Shown here: positions 10,212 to 19,487 of the stretch, in pieces
How the letters are laid out: the number at the start of each line of letters is the position of its first letter
Numbering within the stretch: position 1 is the stretch's first letter
Assembly (NCBI GenBank): GCA_965224025.1
Contig: OZ245033.1
Span: 4,512,001 to 4,576,000 of the forward strand
Source of the DNA: Candidatus Multivorans sp.
GTDB lineage: Bacteria > Acidobacteriota > Thermoanaerobaculia > Multivoradales > Multivoraceae
DNA: 64,000 nt
Direction of reading: 5' to 3'
Position numbers and translations under genes: made by a program
The notes under the pieces: model-generated
The model's database searches: none
The model's input: only the letters and a program-made list of their open reading frames with translations
What the model was told of the DNA's origin: nothing

Positions 10212-11528
10212 ATGGACGCCGTGCGAGGACTCTCCCCCGCCGCGACGGTTCCACTCCTGGCGGGTCTGCTCTCCCTGGCCGCCATCACCGCCTGCCAATC
10301 GTCTGGACCCCCAGTGTCTCCAGGGACCACAGCGCGCTTGTCCCCACCGAGATCGGCAGAATCGGCGACGGCGGCACCCGTGCTTCGCGACGCTGCGCCC
10401 GAAGCGGCCGGCTTCGATCCGGAGCGCCTGCGACAGGCCGCGAACCTGCTGGACGCGGCCGTCGACGACGGCGTCACACCCGGCGGCGTCCTGCTGGTGG
10501 CCCGCCGCGGGGCCGTTGTCCTCAAACGGGGCGCGGGCCGCCTGACCTACGACGAGGGCTCGCCCGCCGTCACCCCGTCGACGATCTACGACCTGGCGTC
10601 GCTGACCAAGGCCATCGCGACGACGACGCTGATGATGCGCCGGGTCGAAGCGGGCGTGCTCGACCTCGACGCCACCGCCGCGTCCTACCTGCCCGAACTC
10701 GGGGGGTCACCGGTCGGCGACGCGACGCTGCGGGACCTGCTCGCCCACTCCAGCGGTCTGCCCTGCTGCACCGAGCTGTTCCGGGAGGTCGGAGAGGGCC
10801 TGGACCGCGACGAGGCGCACGCCCGTTACCTGGAGCACATCGCCGGCACGGAACTGGCAGTGCGCCGGCGCGAACGGGCGATCTACTCCGACCTGGGCGT
10901 ACTGCTCCTGGGGGAGATCCTGGAGCGCAGCTCGGACCGCGGCCTGGCGGTGCAGGTCGAGGACGAGGTCCTCGAACCCCTGGGTCTGGCCGACACCGGC
11001 TACCTCCCGCCGGAAGACCTGCGCGAACGGATCGCGCCGACCGAGTATGACTCCTGGCGCGGACGACTGCCTCACGGCGAGGTCCACGACGAGAACACGC
11101 TCGCGCTGGGGGGCATTGCCGCGCACGCGGGTCTCTTCGGCACCGCCCGCGATGTCGCCGCGTTCGGCCAGGCGATCCTGAACGGCGGCGCCTACGGAGG
11201 GCGCCGGCTCGCCAGCGCCAAGACGGTCGCCCTCTTCACCCGCCGAGCCGAGCTCGTCCCCGGCAGCAGCCGCGCGCTCGGCTGGGACACACCCTCCCAA
11301 CCGAGTTCTGCCGGCCGCTACTTCTCCGCGCGCTCGTTCGGCCACACCGGCTTCACCGGCACGTCGCTCTGGATCGACCCCGAGCTCGACCTGATCGTCG
11401 TCCTGCTGACGAACCGTGTCCACCCGACCCGGGAGAACATCGCGATCAGAAGGCTCCGCCCGGCGATCCACGACGCGGTTGTCCAAGCCATCGACGACCG
11501 CGAGATCGTGCCGCGCGACACCGGCTGA
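10212..11528 (+). CDS. serine hydrolase, beta-lactamase/AmpC family lipoprotein
   Basis: DLASLTK (SxxK), IYSDLG, GEVHDEN, AHAGLF, FGHTGFTG, LLTNRVHP. Confidence 0.9.
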   Translation: MDAVRGLSPAATVPLLAGLLSLAAITACQSSGPPVSPGTTARLSPPRSAESATAAPVLRDAAPEAAGFDPERLRQAANLLDAAVDDGVTPGGVLLVARRGAVVLKRGAGRLTYDEGSPAVTPSTIYDLASLTKAIATTTLMMRRVEAGVLDLDATAASYLPELGGSPVGDATLRDLLAHSSGLPCCTELFREVGEGLDRDEAHARYLEHIAGTELAVRRRERAIYSDLGVLLLGEILERSSDRGLAVQVEDEVLEPLGLADTGYLPPEDLRERIAPTEYDSWRGRLPHGEVHDENTLALGGIAAHAGLFGTARDVAAFGQAILNGGAYGGRRLASAKTVALFTRRAELVPGSSRALGWDTPSQPSSAGRYFSARSFGHTGFTGTSLWIDPELDLIVVLLTNRVHPTRENIAIRRLRPAIHDAVVQAIDDREIVPRDTG

Positions 11529-11536
11529 ACGCCCTA

Positions 11537-11586
11537 CCCGCATATTTTACCGATGACCTACTGTGGCCCTCGGTGAAACATGCGGG
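11537..11586. terminator. imperfect 17-bp inverted repeat between convergent genes (putative bidirectional terminator)
   Basis: CCCGCATATTTTACCGA ... TCGGTGAAACATGCGGG, 15/17 Watson-Crick pairs; no U-tract. Confidence 0.4.
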
Positions 11587-11587
11587 G

Positions 11588-12310
11588 TTAGAGGACCACC
11601 CCCAACCCGCGCAGATCCCGTTCGGCCTGCTCCTCCCAGCCTCGGTTCGCGGCCGGACTCGCCGGGCTCGGGTGCAGCATCCGGCCGATCGGCACGTTCA
11701 CCTCGCCGAGCGCCCGTCGCGCGCGGCCCTCCGCGAAGTTCCCGATGCCGACCACCAGCCGCGGCTCGACAAGCTGAACCGCCTGCTTCAGAGCCCGATC
11801 GCAAGCCGCGAACAGCGGCGCCTTCTCCCGCGCCGGTAACCGGTCCGGGGTCAGATTTGCGCCGGTCTCACCGAGGAAAGCCAGCGGGCAGTAGTTCCAG
11901 ATCAGAAAGCGGGAGAAGAACGCTTCCCGACTACCGAAGCGCCGCTCCGCCCAACCCCAGACCCGGCGGCCGCTGACCTCGCTCCGCTCGCAGCCAAAGC
12001 CCAGGATCGGACGCTTCGGGTGCTGATCGACCGGTGGTTCGACCCCGTTCCCGATCCCCAGCCAGTCCCGCACATGGGCCACCTCCCCGAACGGCACCCC
12101 GGTCTGGGTCATGCCCCAGGGCCCCGGGTTCATTCCGACCAGCAGCACCCGGCCGGCCGCCGTGCCGCCGAGGCGCAGGTAGGCATGATGCGCCCCGCGC
12201 GCGTAGATCAACGGGTTGTAGACATGCGCGACCGGCGGCCCGAACTCAAGCCGGTCGACTGTCGAGGCCAGCTCGTCCGCGGTCGCCGTCAGCGGGGAAC
12301 GCGACGCCAC
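11588..12310 (-). CDS. SMUG1-type uracil-DNA glycosylase (UDG family 3)
   Basis: VYNPL, GMNPGPWGMTQTGVPFG, SEVSG, NYCPL, HPSPASP. Confidence 0.92.
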   Translation of the reverse strand: MASRSPLTATADELASTVDRLEFGPPVAHVYNPLIYARGAHHAYLRLGGTAAGRVLLVGMNPGPWGMTQTGVPFGEVAHVRDWLGIGNGVEPPVDQHPKRPILGFGCERSEVSGRRVWGWAERRFGSREAFFSRFLIWNYCPLAFLGETGANLTPDRLPAREKAPLFAACDRALKQAVQLVEPRLVVGIGNFAEGRARRALGEVNVPIGRMLHPSPASPAANRGWEEQAERDLRGLGVVL

Positions 12311-12316
12311 AGGCTT

Positions 12317-13888
12317 CTAGACGATCCGCGACATGCGGCCCGTCCAGTACCGGTCGCGCAGCAGGCGCTTGTAGAGCTTGCCGGTAGGCAGCCGCGGGAG
12401 CCGCTCCTCGAAGTCGATCGACTTCGGCGCCTTGTAGTGCGCAACTCGCTCGCGTGCGTAGGCCATCAGTTCCTCCGTCACTTCCGGGCTTTCCTCAAAC
12501 CCGGGCATCAACTGCACGACCGCCTTGACCTCCTCGCCCATGTCCTCGTTGGGCACGCCGATGACCGCCGCGTCGGCGACCTTCGGGTGGACAACCAGCG
12601 CGTCCTCGATCTCCTGGGGATAGATGTTCACTCCCCCCGAGATGATCATGAACGCCTTGCGGTCGGTCAGGAACAGGTAGCCGTCCTCGTCCAGGTAGCC
12701 GATGTCGCCGAGCGTGCTCCAGCGCGGGTGAACCGGGTGCCGCGAACCCAGGGTCTTCTCCTTGTCGCCGTGGTACTCGAACAGGTCCGCGTCCTCCGGT
12801 GGCTCGAAGTAGATCGTTCCGGGCTCGGCGACAGCCAACTCACCGCCGTCGTCGCCGCAGATGTGGATCGTCGCCGTGAGGCATTGGCCGACCGTGCCGG
12901 GGCGTTCCAGCCACTCCTCTGTTTCCACCGCGCACATCCCGTTGCCTTCGGTGCCCGCGTAGTACTCCAGGATGATCGGTCCCCACCACTCGATCATCCT
13001 GCGCTTGACATCCACCGGGCATGGCGCGGCGGCATGAATCGCCCGCTGGTGGCTCGACAGGTCGTAGCGCGTCCGCGCTTCCTCGGGCAGCTTGAGCATC
13101 CGGTTGAACATCGTGGGGACCCACTGGCTAACGTTGACCCCATGGTCCTCGATCGCCTTGAGCGCCAGCTCCGGGTCGAACCGCTCCAGGACCACGACGG
13201 TGCCGCCGAGCGTTTGCGTGCCGCCGCTGAAGCCAATTGGCGCCGCGTGGTAGAGCGGCGCGGGCGACAGGTAGATCGAATCGGCATCGATGCCGTAGAT
13301 GCTCGTCAGCACCTCGAACCGCTGGTCCGGCATCTCCTCCACCGACAGTCCCGAAAGCGGCCGCAGGATGCCCTTCGGCCGCCCCGTCGTGCCCGAGCTG
13401 TAGAGCATCGTGCTGCCGCGCGGCTGCTCGGCAAGCGGTTCGGGGGGGTACCGCACCGTCGCCTCGCCGTAGTCATCCCAGCCCGCGGGGATGCCGAGCC
13501 GGTCGTCGTCGACCATCAGGCGGCTGGGGCAGGTTGGAATCAGGTCGGGAAGCTCAGCGCAGACCTCGGCCAACTTCGCCGACGCCACGATTCCCGCCGC
13601 TCCGCAGTCCTCGACGATGTGCGCCGCTTCTTCGGCCGTCAGGTAGCTGTTCACCGTGGTCAGGTAGAGACCCGAACGGATCGCCGCCCAGTAGACCTCG
13701 AAGTAGCGCGGATGGTTCTCCATGAAGATCGCCGCGTGGTCACCGGGCCGCAGGCCCTGCGCGTACCAGAGCTGCGCCAGCCGGTTCGACCGTCGATCGA
13801 GCTCCAGGTAGCTGACCGACTCACCAGTGCCGGCCATGATCACCGCAGGCTTGTCAGGCTCCTCGCGCGCGTATCTGCCGGGATACAT
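12317..13888 (-). CDS. acyl-CoA synthetase (AMP-binding enzyme)
   Basis: YSSGTTGRPKG, YYAGTEG, TLGDIGYLD, IISGGVNIYPQE, LPTGKL. Confidence 0.93.
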   Translation of the reverse strand: MYPGRYAREEPDKPAVIMAGTGESVSYLELDRRSNRLAQLWYAQGLRPGDHAAIFMENHPRYFEVYWAAIRSGLYLTTVNSYLTAEEAAHIVEDCGAAGIVASAKLAEVCAELPDLIPTCPSRLMVDDDRLGIPAGWDDYGEATVRYPPEPLAEQPRGSTMLYSSGTTGRPKGILRPLSGLSVEEMPDQRFEVLTSIYGIDADSIYLSPAPLYHAAPIGFSGGTQTLGGTVVVLERFDPELALKAIEDHGVNVSQWVPTMFNRMLKLPEEARTRYDLSSHQRAIHAAAPCPVDVKRRMIEWWGPIILEYYAGTEGNGMCAVETEEWLERPGTVGQCLTATIHICGDDGGELAVAEPGTIYFEPPEDADLFEYHGDKEKTLGSRHPVHPRWSTLGDIGYLDEDGYLFLTDRKAFMIISGGVNIYPQEIEDALVVHPKVADAAVIGVPNEDMGEEVKAVVQLMPGFEESPEVTEELMAYARERVAHYKAPKSIDFEERLPRLPTGKLYKRLLRDRYWTGRMSRIV

Positions 13889-13925
13889 CGCGACTCGCTC
13901 TCCTACCGGTCGCTCCGCCTGCGAC

Positions 13926-14474
13926 TCAGGAGCCCACCGGCGCCATCTGCCAACTGACCATCAACTCGGCGCGGCAGGGCAGGACCCGGGTCACGTCGAT
14001 CTCGATGTCGGCGTCGACCATCGCGCTGTCCGGCGCATCGAAGCGGCCGACGATCTCCGCTTGGACATAGCCGTCATTGTCGACCCGGAAGTCGTTCGGA
14101 GTGCGGAACCTGAAGCCGGCGTTGCGCAGCGGAATACGCAGGTCGAGATTCCCGAACCGCTTGAACGCGTTGACCAGCGTGTCGCAGGCTTCCGGCTGGC
14201 CCTGAGCCATGTCGCCAAGACCGGGCAGACTGACGATGAAGGCGGTGAGAACCGCCTCGTCATCGTCGCGCTCGAGGACGAAACGCAACTCCTCGCCCTG
14301 CGCGCCCGTGCCCACCCATTCGCCGACCGAGAAGACGACCAGCTCGACGCCCAGCAGGTCGCCCCGTTTGTCGCAACCCCCGAGCGCGAGGACGAGCAGC
14401 GACGTGGCGAGAACGAGAGCCGCGCGGCGCAGGCGGCCCGCAGGCCGGGCGGACGGAAGGTCTCGTGTGAGCAT
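13926..14474 (-). CDS. hypothetical lipoprotein
   Basis: Start MLTRDL; hydrophobic stretch with LGGC lipobox; directly downstream of the SSS gene. Confidence 0.65.
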   Translation of the reverse strand: MLTRDLPSARPAGRLRRAALVLATSLLVLALGGCDKRGDLLGVELVVFSVGEWVGTGAQGEELRFVLERDDDEAVLTAFIVSLPGLGDMAQGQPEACDTLVNAFKRFGNLDLRIPLRNAGFRFRTPNDFRVDNDGYVQAEIVGRFDAPDSAMVDADIEIDVTRVLPCRAELMVSWQMAPVGS

Positions 14475-14482
14475 CGGAGGAT

Positions 14483-15979
14483 TCAGCCTATCGCAGCGCC
14501 GTCCGTCCGCCGCCACCTCGATATCAGCAGTCCGACACCGAAGATCGCCAGCGTGCCGATGACGGTGATCATGTAGCTGTGCAGCGGGTTCCGCAGCATC
14601 GCCAATCCCCCTTCGAGCCGCGGTGAGGCGGTCATCCACACGATGACCAGCACGCCGACCGCCACGCCAGACTGGGCCGCGGCCCGGCCCGCCCGCGGCG
14701 CCAGCCGGTCGAGCGCGAACAGCCCGAGCAGGCCGCCGGCAAAGATGCCCGACCACGTCCACCAGCGGTCGAGCAGGCTGCCGGCGCCGATCATGAGCAG
14801 GGCGGCGCCGGTACCGAGCACGCCCACACCGACAGTCGCCCGGCGCAACACCCGCAGGTCCTCCGCTTCCGCCCCGTCCGGACCCGGCGCCGGCCGGATG
14901 TATGTGCGGTAGATGTCGGAGAGGAACACGGTCGCCGAACTGTTGAGGGACGTATCGATGCTGCTCATCGCGGCGGCAAACAGCGCCGCGATCAGAAGAC
15001 CCGCGGCGCCCGCCGGCAGCCGGGTCGAGATGTAGTGCGGGAACGCCTGGTCGGCCGCAACTCCGGCGGCCTCGGGCTGCCCCTGGAAGACGACGAACAG
15101 CCCGGTCCCGATGAAGAAAAACAGCGCCGATACCGGCAGGTAGAGGCCGGCCGCCAGCCAGACGGAGCGCGACGCCGCGCGGTCGCTGTTGGCGGCGTGG
15201 TAGCGCTGCACGTAGCTCTGGTCGATGCCGAAGTTGTTGAAGTTGATGAACAGACCGTAGGTCAGGACGACCCAGAAGGTCGACGTCGTGAACTCGAACG
15301 CGAAGCTGCCGAGCGAGAACTTCTCCGCGGCGTTCGCCGCTTCGACCAATCCGCCGAAGCCGCCCGGCGCGTCGACGACCAGGAGCCCGACCATGACCAG
15401 CGCACCGACGGTGAGCACGACGCTCTGGATCACGTCGGTCCAGATGACCGCTTCGATGCCGCCGATCAGGGTGTAGATCGTCACCACGACGCCGGTGCTC
15501 AGGATGATCCAGGCCACCGGCCAGCCGGTCAGCGCGTTCATCGCCAGCGCGACGCCGAACAGGATCGAGCCGACGCGCGCGAACTGGGTCAGCAGGTAGC
15601 ACGCCACGGCGTAGGTGCGCGCCCAGCGGCCGAAACGAGCCTCAAGGTGGTGGTAGGCCGACACCGCGCCGCCCACCGTGCCGCAACGCCGGTAGAACGG
15701 GATCCACCAGCGCGCCGCCAAAAAGGCCGCCACCGGCAGAGACAGCGAGAACACGAAGGCGTTCCAGTTGCCGCCGAAGGCCTGCCCCGGCACGCCGATG
15801 AAGGTGTTGCTGGAGAGGAACGTGCCGAACATCGACAGGCCCACCGCCCAGCCCGGCAGCACGCCGCCGGCGATCATGAACCCGCGCGCCGTTCGGCTCC
15901 GGCGGGCCAGGGAGAGGCCGAGAGCGATGACCGCCAGGAGATAGGCGGCGAAGACGACGAGGTCGAGACCCGCAGTCAC
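14483..15979 (-). CDS. sodium:solute symporter (sialic acid/sugar transporter-like)
   Basis: GTG start overlapping the upstream stop; GGIEAVIWTD, FGIDQSYVQRY, AAAMSSID. Confidence 0.9.
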   Translation of the reverse strand: MTAGLDLVVFAAYLLAVIALGLSLARRSRTARGFMIAGGVLPGWAVGLSMFGTFLSSNTFIGVPGQAFGGNWNAFVFSLSLPVAAFLAARWWIPFYRRCGTVGGAVSAYHHLEARFGRWARTYAVACYLLTQFARVGSILFGVALAMNALTGWPVAWIILSTGVVVTIYTLIGGIEAVIWTDVIQSVVLTVGALVMVGLLVVDAPGGFGGLVEAANAAEKFSLGSFAFEFTTSTFWVVLTYGLFINFNNFGIDQSYVQRYHAANSDRAASRSVWLAAGLYLPVSALFFFIGTGLFVVFQGQPEAAGVAADQAFPHYISTRLPAGAAGLLIAALFAAAMSSIDTSLNSSATVFLSDIYRTYIRPAPGPDGAEAEDLRVLRRATVGVGVLGTGAALLMIGAGSLLDRWWTWSGIFAGGLLGLFALDRLAPRAGRAAAQSGVAVGVLVIVWMTASPRLEGGLAMLRNPLHSYMITVIGTLAIFGVGLLISRWRRTDGAAIG

Positions 15980-17124
15980 TCGGAGGCCGGCGCCAGCACC
16001 GGCGCTTCCTCCGGCCACTCGGCGCCGGACATCGGATGCCGCGGCAGCGCGGCCGGATCGAGCACCACGTGCCGGATGCGGGTGCGCCGGTGGGTGTAGG
16101 TCACATGGACCCGCCCGTCGCGGGTCTGGATGACCGCCGGGTAGGAGTACTCACCGTCCTGGTCCTCCAGCATCAGGGCCGCATCCCAGGTTTCTCCGTC
16201 GTCCGACAGCGCCGCGTTCAGGCGGGCGCGCGATCCCGCCCAGGCGCCGCCTGTTCGCACCTTGTGGTTGTAGACGAGGAAGTGTCTACCGTCGGCCAGG
16301 GTCACGCCGTCGATGCCGGCGTCCGGGTTGGGCAGACCGGTGGCGAAGATCGGCCCCCAGGTCCGGCCCGCGTCGGCGGAGCGGGAAGCGGCGATGCGGC
16401 TCTGCTTGGAACGGAACAGCGCCAGGAGCTCGCCGTCGCCAAGCGTCAGGATCGTCGGCTGGATGATCCAGAAGTGCTCGCCCGCCGATGTCTTGCCGGC
16501 CAGCCCGTCGGTGCGCGTCCAAGTGTGTCCCAGGTCGACCGAATGCTCGAAGTGCGCGCGCCAGGCGGGAGGCGCCGGGGCATCCTCGATGCTCGACCCG
16601 GCCAGCAGCGAACCGTCGGCCAAGGTGACCGGCTTGTTCTTGATCGGACCGAGGATGCCGTCCGGCAGCCGCCGCGGCTCGCTCCATGCCAGGCCCTCGT
16701 CTTCCGACTCCATGACCATGCCCCACCACTGCGGCGGACTCGGACCGACCTTGTAGAACAGGAGCAGCGGTGCAGCGTCCCGCAGCGACTGGAAGAGCAC
16801 CGGATTCCAGGTCGGGTAGCGGCCGCCGCCGGCCTGGACGCCGTTGGCAACCTCGACGGGCGGCGTCCACCGATCGCTCGTTGGCGAAGCGGCCGAGATC
16901 GACCCGGCCCGCTCGGTTTCAAGCCGGCTGAACCAGATGCCGACATCGGAGTTGCGTTCTGCCGTACCGCCGAACCATGCAGCGACGAGCGCACCGGAGG
17001 CCGTTTCGGCGATCGTGGAGGCGTGGCACTCGGGGTGCGGCGCCGAATCGAAGATGAACTCGGCCAGCACGACTCCATTCTGGGCTGCGGCCGGAACCAC
17101 CATGACTGCCACGGCCGCGGTCAC
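15976..17124 (-). CDS. sialidase/BNR-repeat (Asp-box) family protein, secreted
   Basis: CHASTIAE, WFGG, WNPVLF, Asp boxes (SEDEGLAW, SVDLGHTW, SADAGRTW, SDDGETW), EYSYPA. Confidence 0.88.
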   Translation of the reverse strand: MTAAVAVMVVPAAAQNGVVLAEFIFDSAPHPECHASTIAETASGALVAAWFGGTAERNSDVGIWFSRLETERAGSISAASPTSDRWTPPVEVANGVQAGGGRYPTWNPVLFQSLRDAAPLLLFYKVGPSPPQWWGMVMESEDEGLAWSEPRRLPDGILGPIKNKPVTLADGSLLAGSSIEDAPAPPAWRAHFEHSVDLGHTWTRTDGLAGKTSAGEHFWIIQPTILTLGDGELLALFRSKQSRIAASRSADAGRTWGPIFATGLPNPDAGIDGVTLADGRHFLVYNHKVRTGGAWAGSRARLNAALSDDGETWDAALMLEDQDGEYSYPAVIQTRDGRVHVTYTHRRTRIRHVVLDPAALPRHPMSGAEWPEEAPVLAPASE

Positions 17125-17165
17125 CGCTGCCGCGAGGACGACGGCCGGGGCCTGGCCGCGGCCGG

Positions 17166-17705
17166 TCAGAGCTCGGCCTCCATGTCCACCCCCGCGAGCA
17201 CCAGTTCTTCCGCCTGCCGAACGATCTCGCGTGCGCGTGCCCGGAGTTCCCCGTCGGTCGCGCTGCTGATCGGATGCTCGATCACGGCGAACCGGTAGTC
17301 AGCCGCCCCGCAGGCGTGGGCCATCAGCTCGGCGCCGTCGACGAACGCCGACGTCATCACCCCGACCGCCGGCACACCCGTACGTTCGAACTCAACCGCA
17401 TCGTGCAGACTGCACGACGAGCAGCTCCCTCAGTCGCCGACACCGGTGATCACCAGCCGCCGTCTGGCCAGCCGGCGCGCCAGTTCGGGCTTCGCCGGAG
17501 CGCTGTAGTTCCCCTTCGTCGCCCGCTCCACCGAGGCGGCGCCCCAGCGATCCCGGAGCAGGGCTTCGAGATGGTCGAAGAGGGGCGCGACCCCCGCCTT
17601 GCCGTTCGAAAGCAGCGCTACCTCAATGCCGGCCAGCGCCGTCAGCCGAGGCGCCAATGCCAGGGACGGCGGAGAACCCTCCCAGGACGGATTGAGGACC
17701 TGCAC
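17166..17705 (-). CDS. UGSC-family (seleno)protein; in-frame TGA at 17430-17432 read as Sec
   Basis: ORFs 17430-17747 and 17166-17375 share a frame: ...LLSNGK...VITGVGD-U-GSCSSCSLHDAVEFERTGVPAV...; hairpin just 3' of the UGA; start codon approximate. Confidence 0.85.
17399..17419 (-). promoter_or_regulatory. putative bacterial SECIS element
   Basis: mRNA CG-UCGUGCA-GUC-UGCACGA-UG; the loop starts with GU, 19 nt after the UGA. Confidence 0.7.
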
Positions 17706-17950
17706 AAAGGGAGTGTAGCTGGGGGTAGGCAAACGGAATCCGGCCACCCTTCGTAGGAGTATGCGAGCCTGGACCGGTCCTGCCGGCGGAGACCACCAGC
17801 ATCCCCACCATGGCGCTCTACGAACGGGCGGCCGAGGCGTCTCCGCTCGCGTCCGAGACCCGCATACACGGCGCGCTGGCCGACCCGCTCATGCATCGTG
17901 TGCTCACCGGGATCGTCGATGAGATCGGCTACGGTCTCCTCTGATTCCCC

Positions 17951-18976
17951 TCAGAACCGGTCCGCCTCCCAGAACGCGAACCGCTCCGGCGGCAGGCAGC
18001 CGGTCAGCACGTCGTCTTCCCTGGCCACTCCGAGCCGGTCGGCCAGCGCGTCGTCGTCCAGGCAGCGGACCATCCAGGTCGCCGGCGGCCGGGTGTCCGG
18101 CGGCACTTCGTCCCAGGCGGGTTGGGTCTCGATCCGGGCGCCGGCATCGGCAAACGCGGCTTCCAGCACCTCGTCTCGGACCAGGGGCAAACGGATCGAC
18201 AGCACGCCGCGGCCGGCCATCGCGGCGGCCACCAGCTCGCACAGGGCCTGAGCCGCGTCGCGATCGCGGCCCCACTCCAGGACGCGGAGGCGGCCACCAA
18301 TGTCGGCGACACGGACGTAGGCGCTGATCTCCGGCCCCCTGTCGGCGACCCGGATGTCCTCGTCCGGGTTCCCGGCGAGTTGAAAGCTGCCCCGCCAGCC
18401 CCCAGCGTCCCGGTGGACGATGCCGTCGAGCGGAACGCCGGCGGCGCCTTCCGCGTAGACGCGCCAGAGGCGCTCCAGTCCGTCGCGGTCGGTCGCCGGG
18501 TCGTAGCGGCGCGCCCCAGAAACGGCCGACATGGAGCGGTCAGCCCAGTGCAGCGTTCGCCAGCCCCTTGACCACGGCCGGTAGCCGTGCTTTCCGTACC
18601 ACTCGAGCCGCTCGGCCAGCAGGTAGGACAGCACCATCCCCTGCTCCCGCATCGCCACGATCGCCCGCTCGAGAAGCGCTCCCGCCACACCGCGGCGACG
18701 GGAATCCTGCCGCGTGAACACGCTGCCGATGCCGCCCATCGGCAACACCCTGCCGCCGACCCGCACCCGGCGCGGGAAGATCTGGACGCACGAGAGCAGC
18801 TCGCCGGCCTGCTCCGCCACCCATACGTTGCGGGGCTCGAACGCCGGATCGAGTTCGATGTAGCGGCGAAAGAAGTCCCGCCCTCGCTGGCCGGCGGGGA
18901 AAGGCCAGCCGTCGAGCAGGTCGAGCAGGGCCTCGATCTCGTTGGCGCGGAGGGTACGGTGCCGTGTGCCCGCCAT
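17951..18976 (-). CDS. GNAT family N-acetyltransferase (Eis-like tandem GNAT)
   Basis: GGIGSVFTRQDSRRRGVAG acetyl-CoA motif A; WYGKHGY. Confidence 0.85.
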   Translation of the reverse strand: MAGTRHRTLRANEIEALLDLLDGWPFPAGQRGRDFFRRYIELDPAFEPRNVWVAEQAGELLSCVQIFPRRVRVGGRVLPMGGIGSVFTRQDSRRRGVAGALLERAIVAMREQGMVLSYLLAERLEWYGKHGYRPWSRGWRTLHWADRSMSAVSGARRYDPATDRDGLERLWRVYAEGAAGVPLDGIVHRDAGGWRGSFQLAGNPDEDIRVADRGPEISAYVRVADIGGRLRVLEWGRDRDAAQALCELVAAAMAGRGVLSIRLPLVRDEVLEAAFADAGARIETQPAWDEVPPDTRPPATWMVRCLDDDALADRLGVAREDDVLTGCLPPERFAFWEADRF

Positions 18977-19069
18977 GGCGCCGACTTTGCCACGCGTGCT
19001 GCCCCTGCATCTTGACGCCGGGACCGAACTTAGCCAGACTTAGCTAGGCCGACTCTGGAGGGGAGAACG

Positions 19070-19435
19070 CTGGACACCCACACGTTCCTGTGGTGCTTGT
19101 CCGATCCAGGACGACTGCGCGTGACCTCGCGCAACGTCATTGAGGACCCACGCAACGAGATCTTCGTCAGCCCGATCGCAGCCTGGGAGATCACGTTCAA
19201 GCGCCTCAGTGGGCAGATGGAAGCCCCCGACAACCTCGCCCCTCTCGTCGAGGAAAAGGGGTTTACCCATCTGCCGCTGACGTTCCACCACGCCGAGTTG
19301 GCAGCGCGCCTGCCGCGCCACCACAAGGACCCGTTCGATCGGTTCCTGATCGCCCAGGCTCAAGCCGAAGGGCTGACGATCGTGAGTCGCGACGCGTACT
19401 TCCCGCTCTACGGGGTCCGAACCCTCCGATCTTGA
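19070..19435 (+). pseudogene. vapC: orphan VapC/PIN-domain toxin, N-terminally clipped, no antitoxin
   Basis: LDTHTFLW...SPIAAWEI...HHKDPFDRFLIAQAQAEGLTIVSRD; no ATG between the in-frame TAG (19031) and LDTH; possible CTG start after GGAGGG. Confidence 0.8.
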
Positions 19436-19487
19436 GGTCCGCCCGAGTTCGACCGCATCCCGGAGGCGCGGCGTTAGGCTTTGCCGC

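Noticed and set aside
1577-11528. Antibiotic-resistance calls for the B3-like MBL and the AmpC-like hydrolase
   Set aside because: Fold-level motifs only; substrate cannot be inferred and the context is metabolic
17810-17944. 44-aa ORF MALYERAAEASPL...IGYGLL
   Set aside because: No RBS or recognisable motif; may be a gene fragment but cannot be supported
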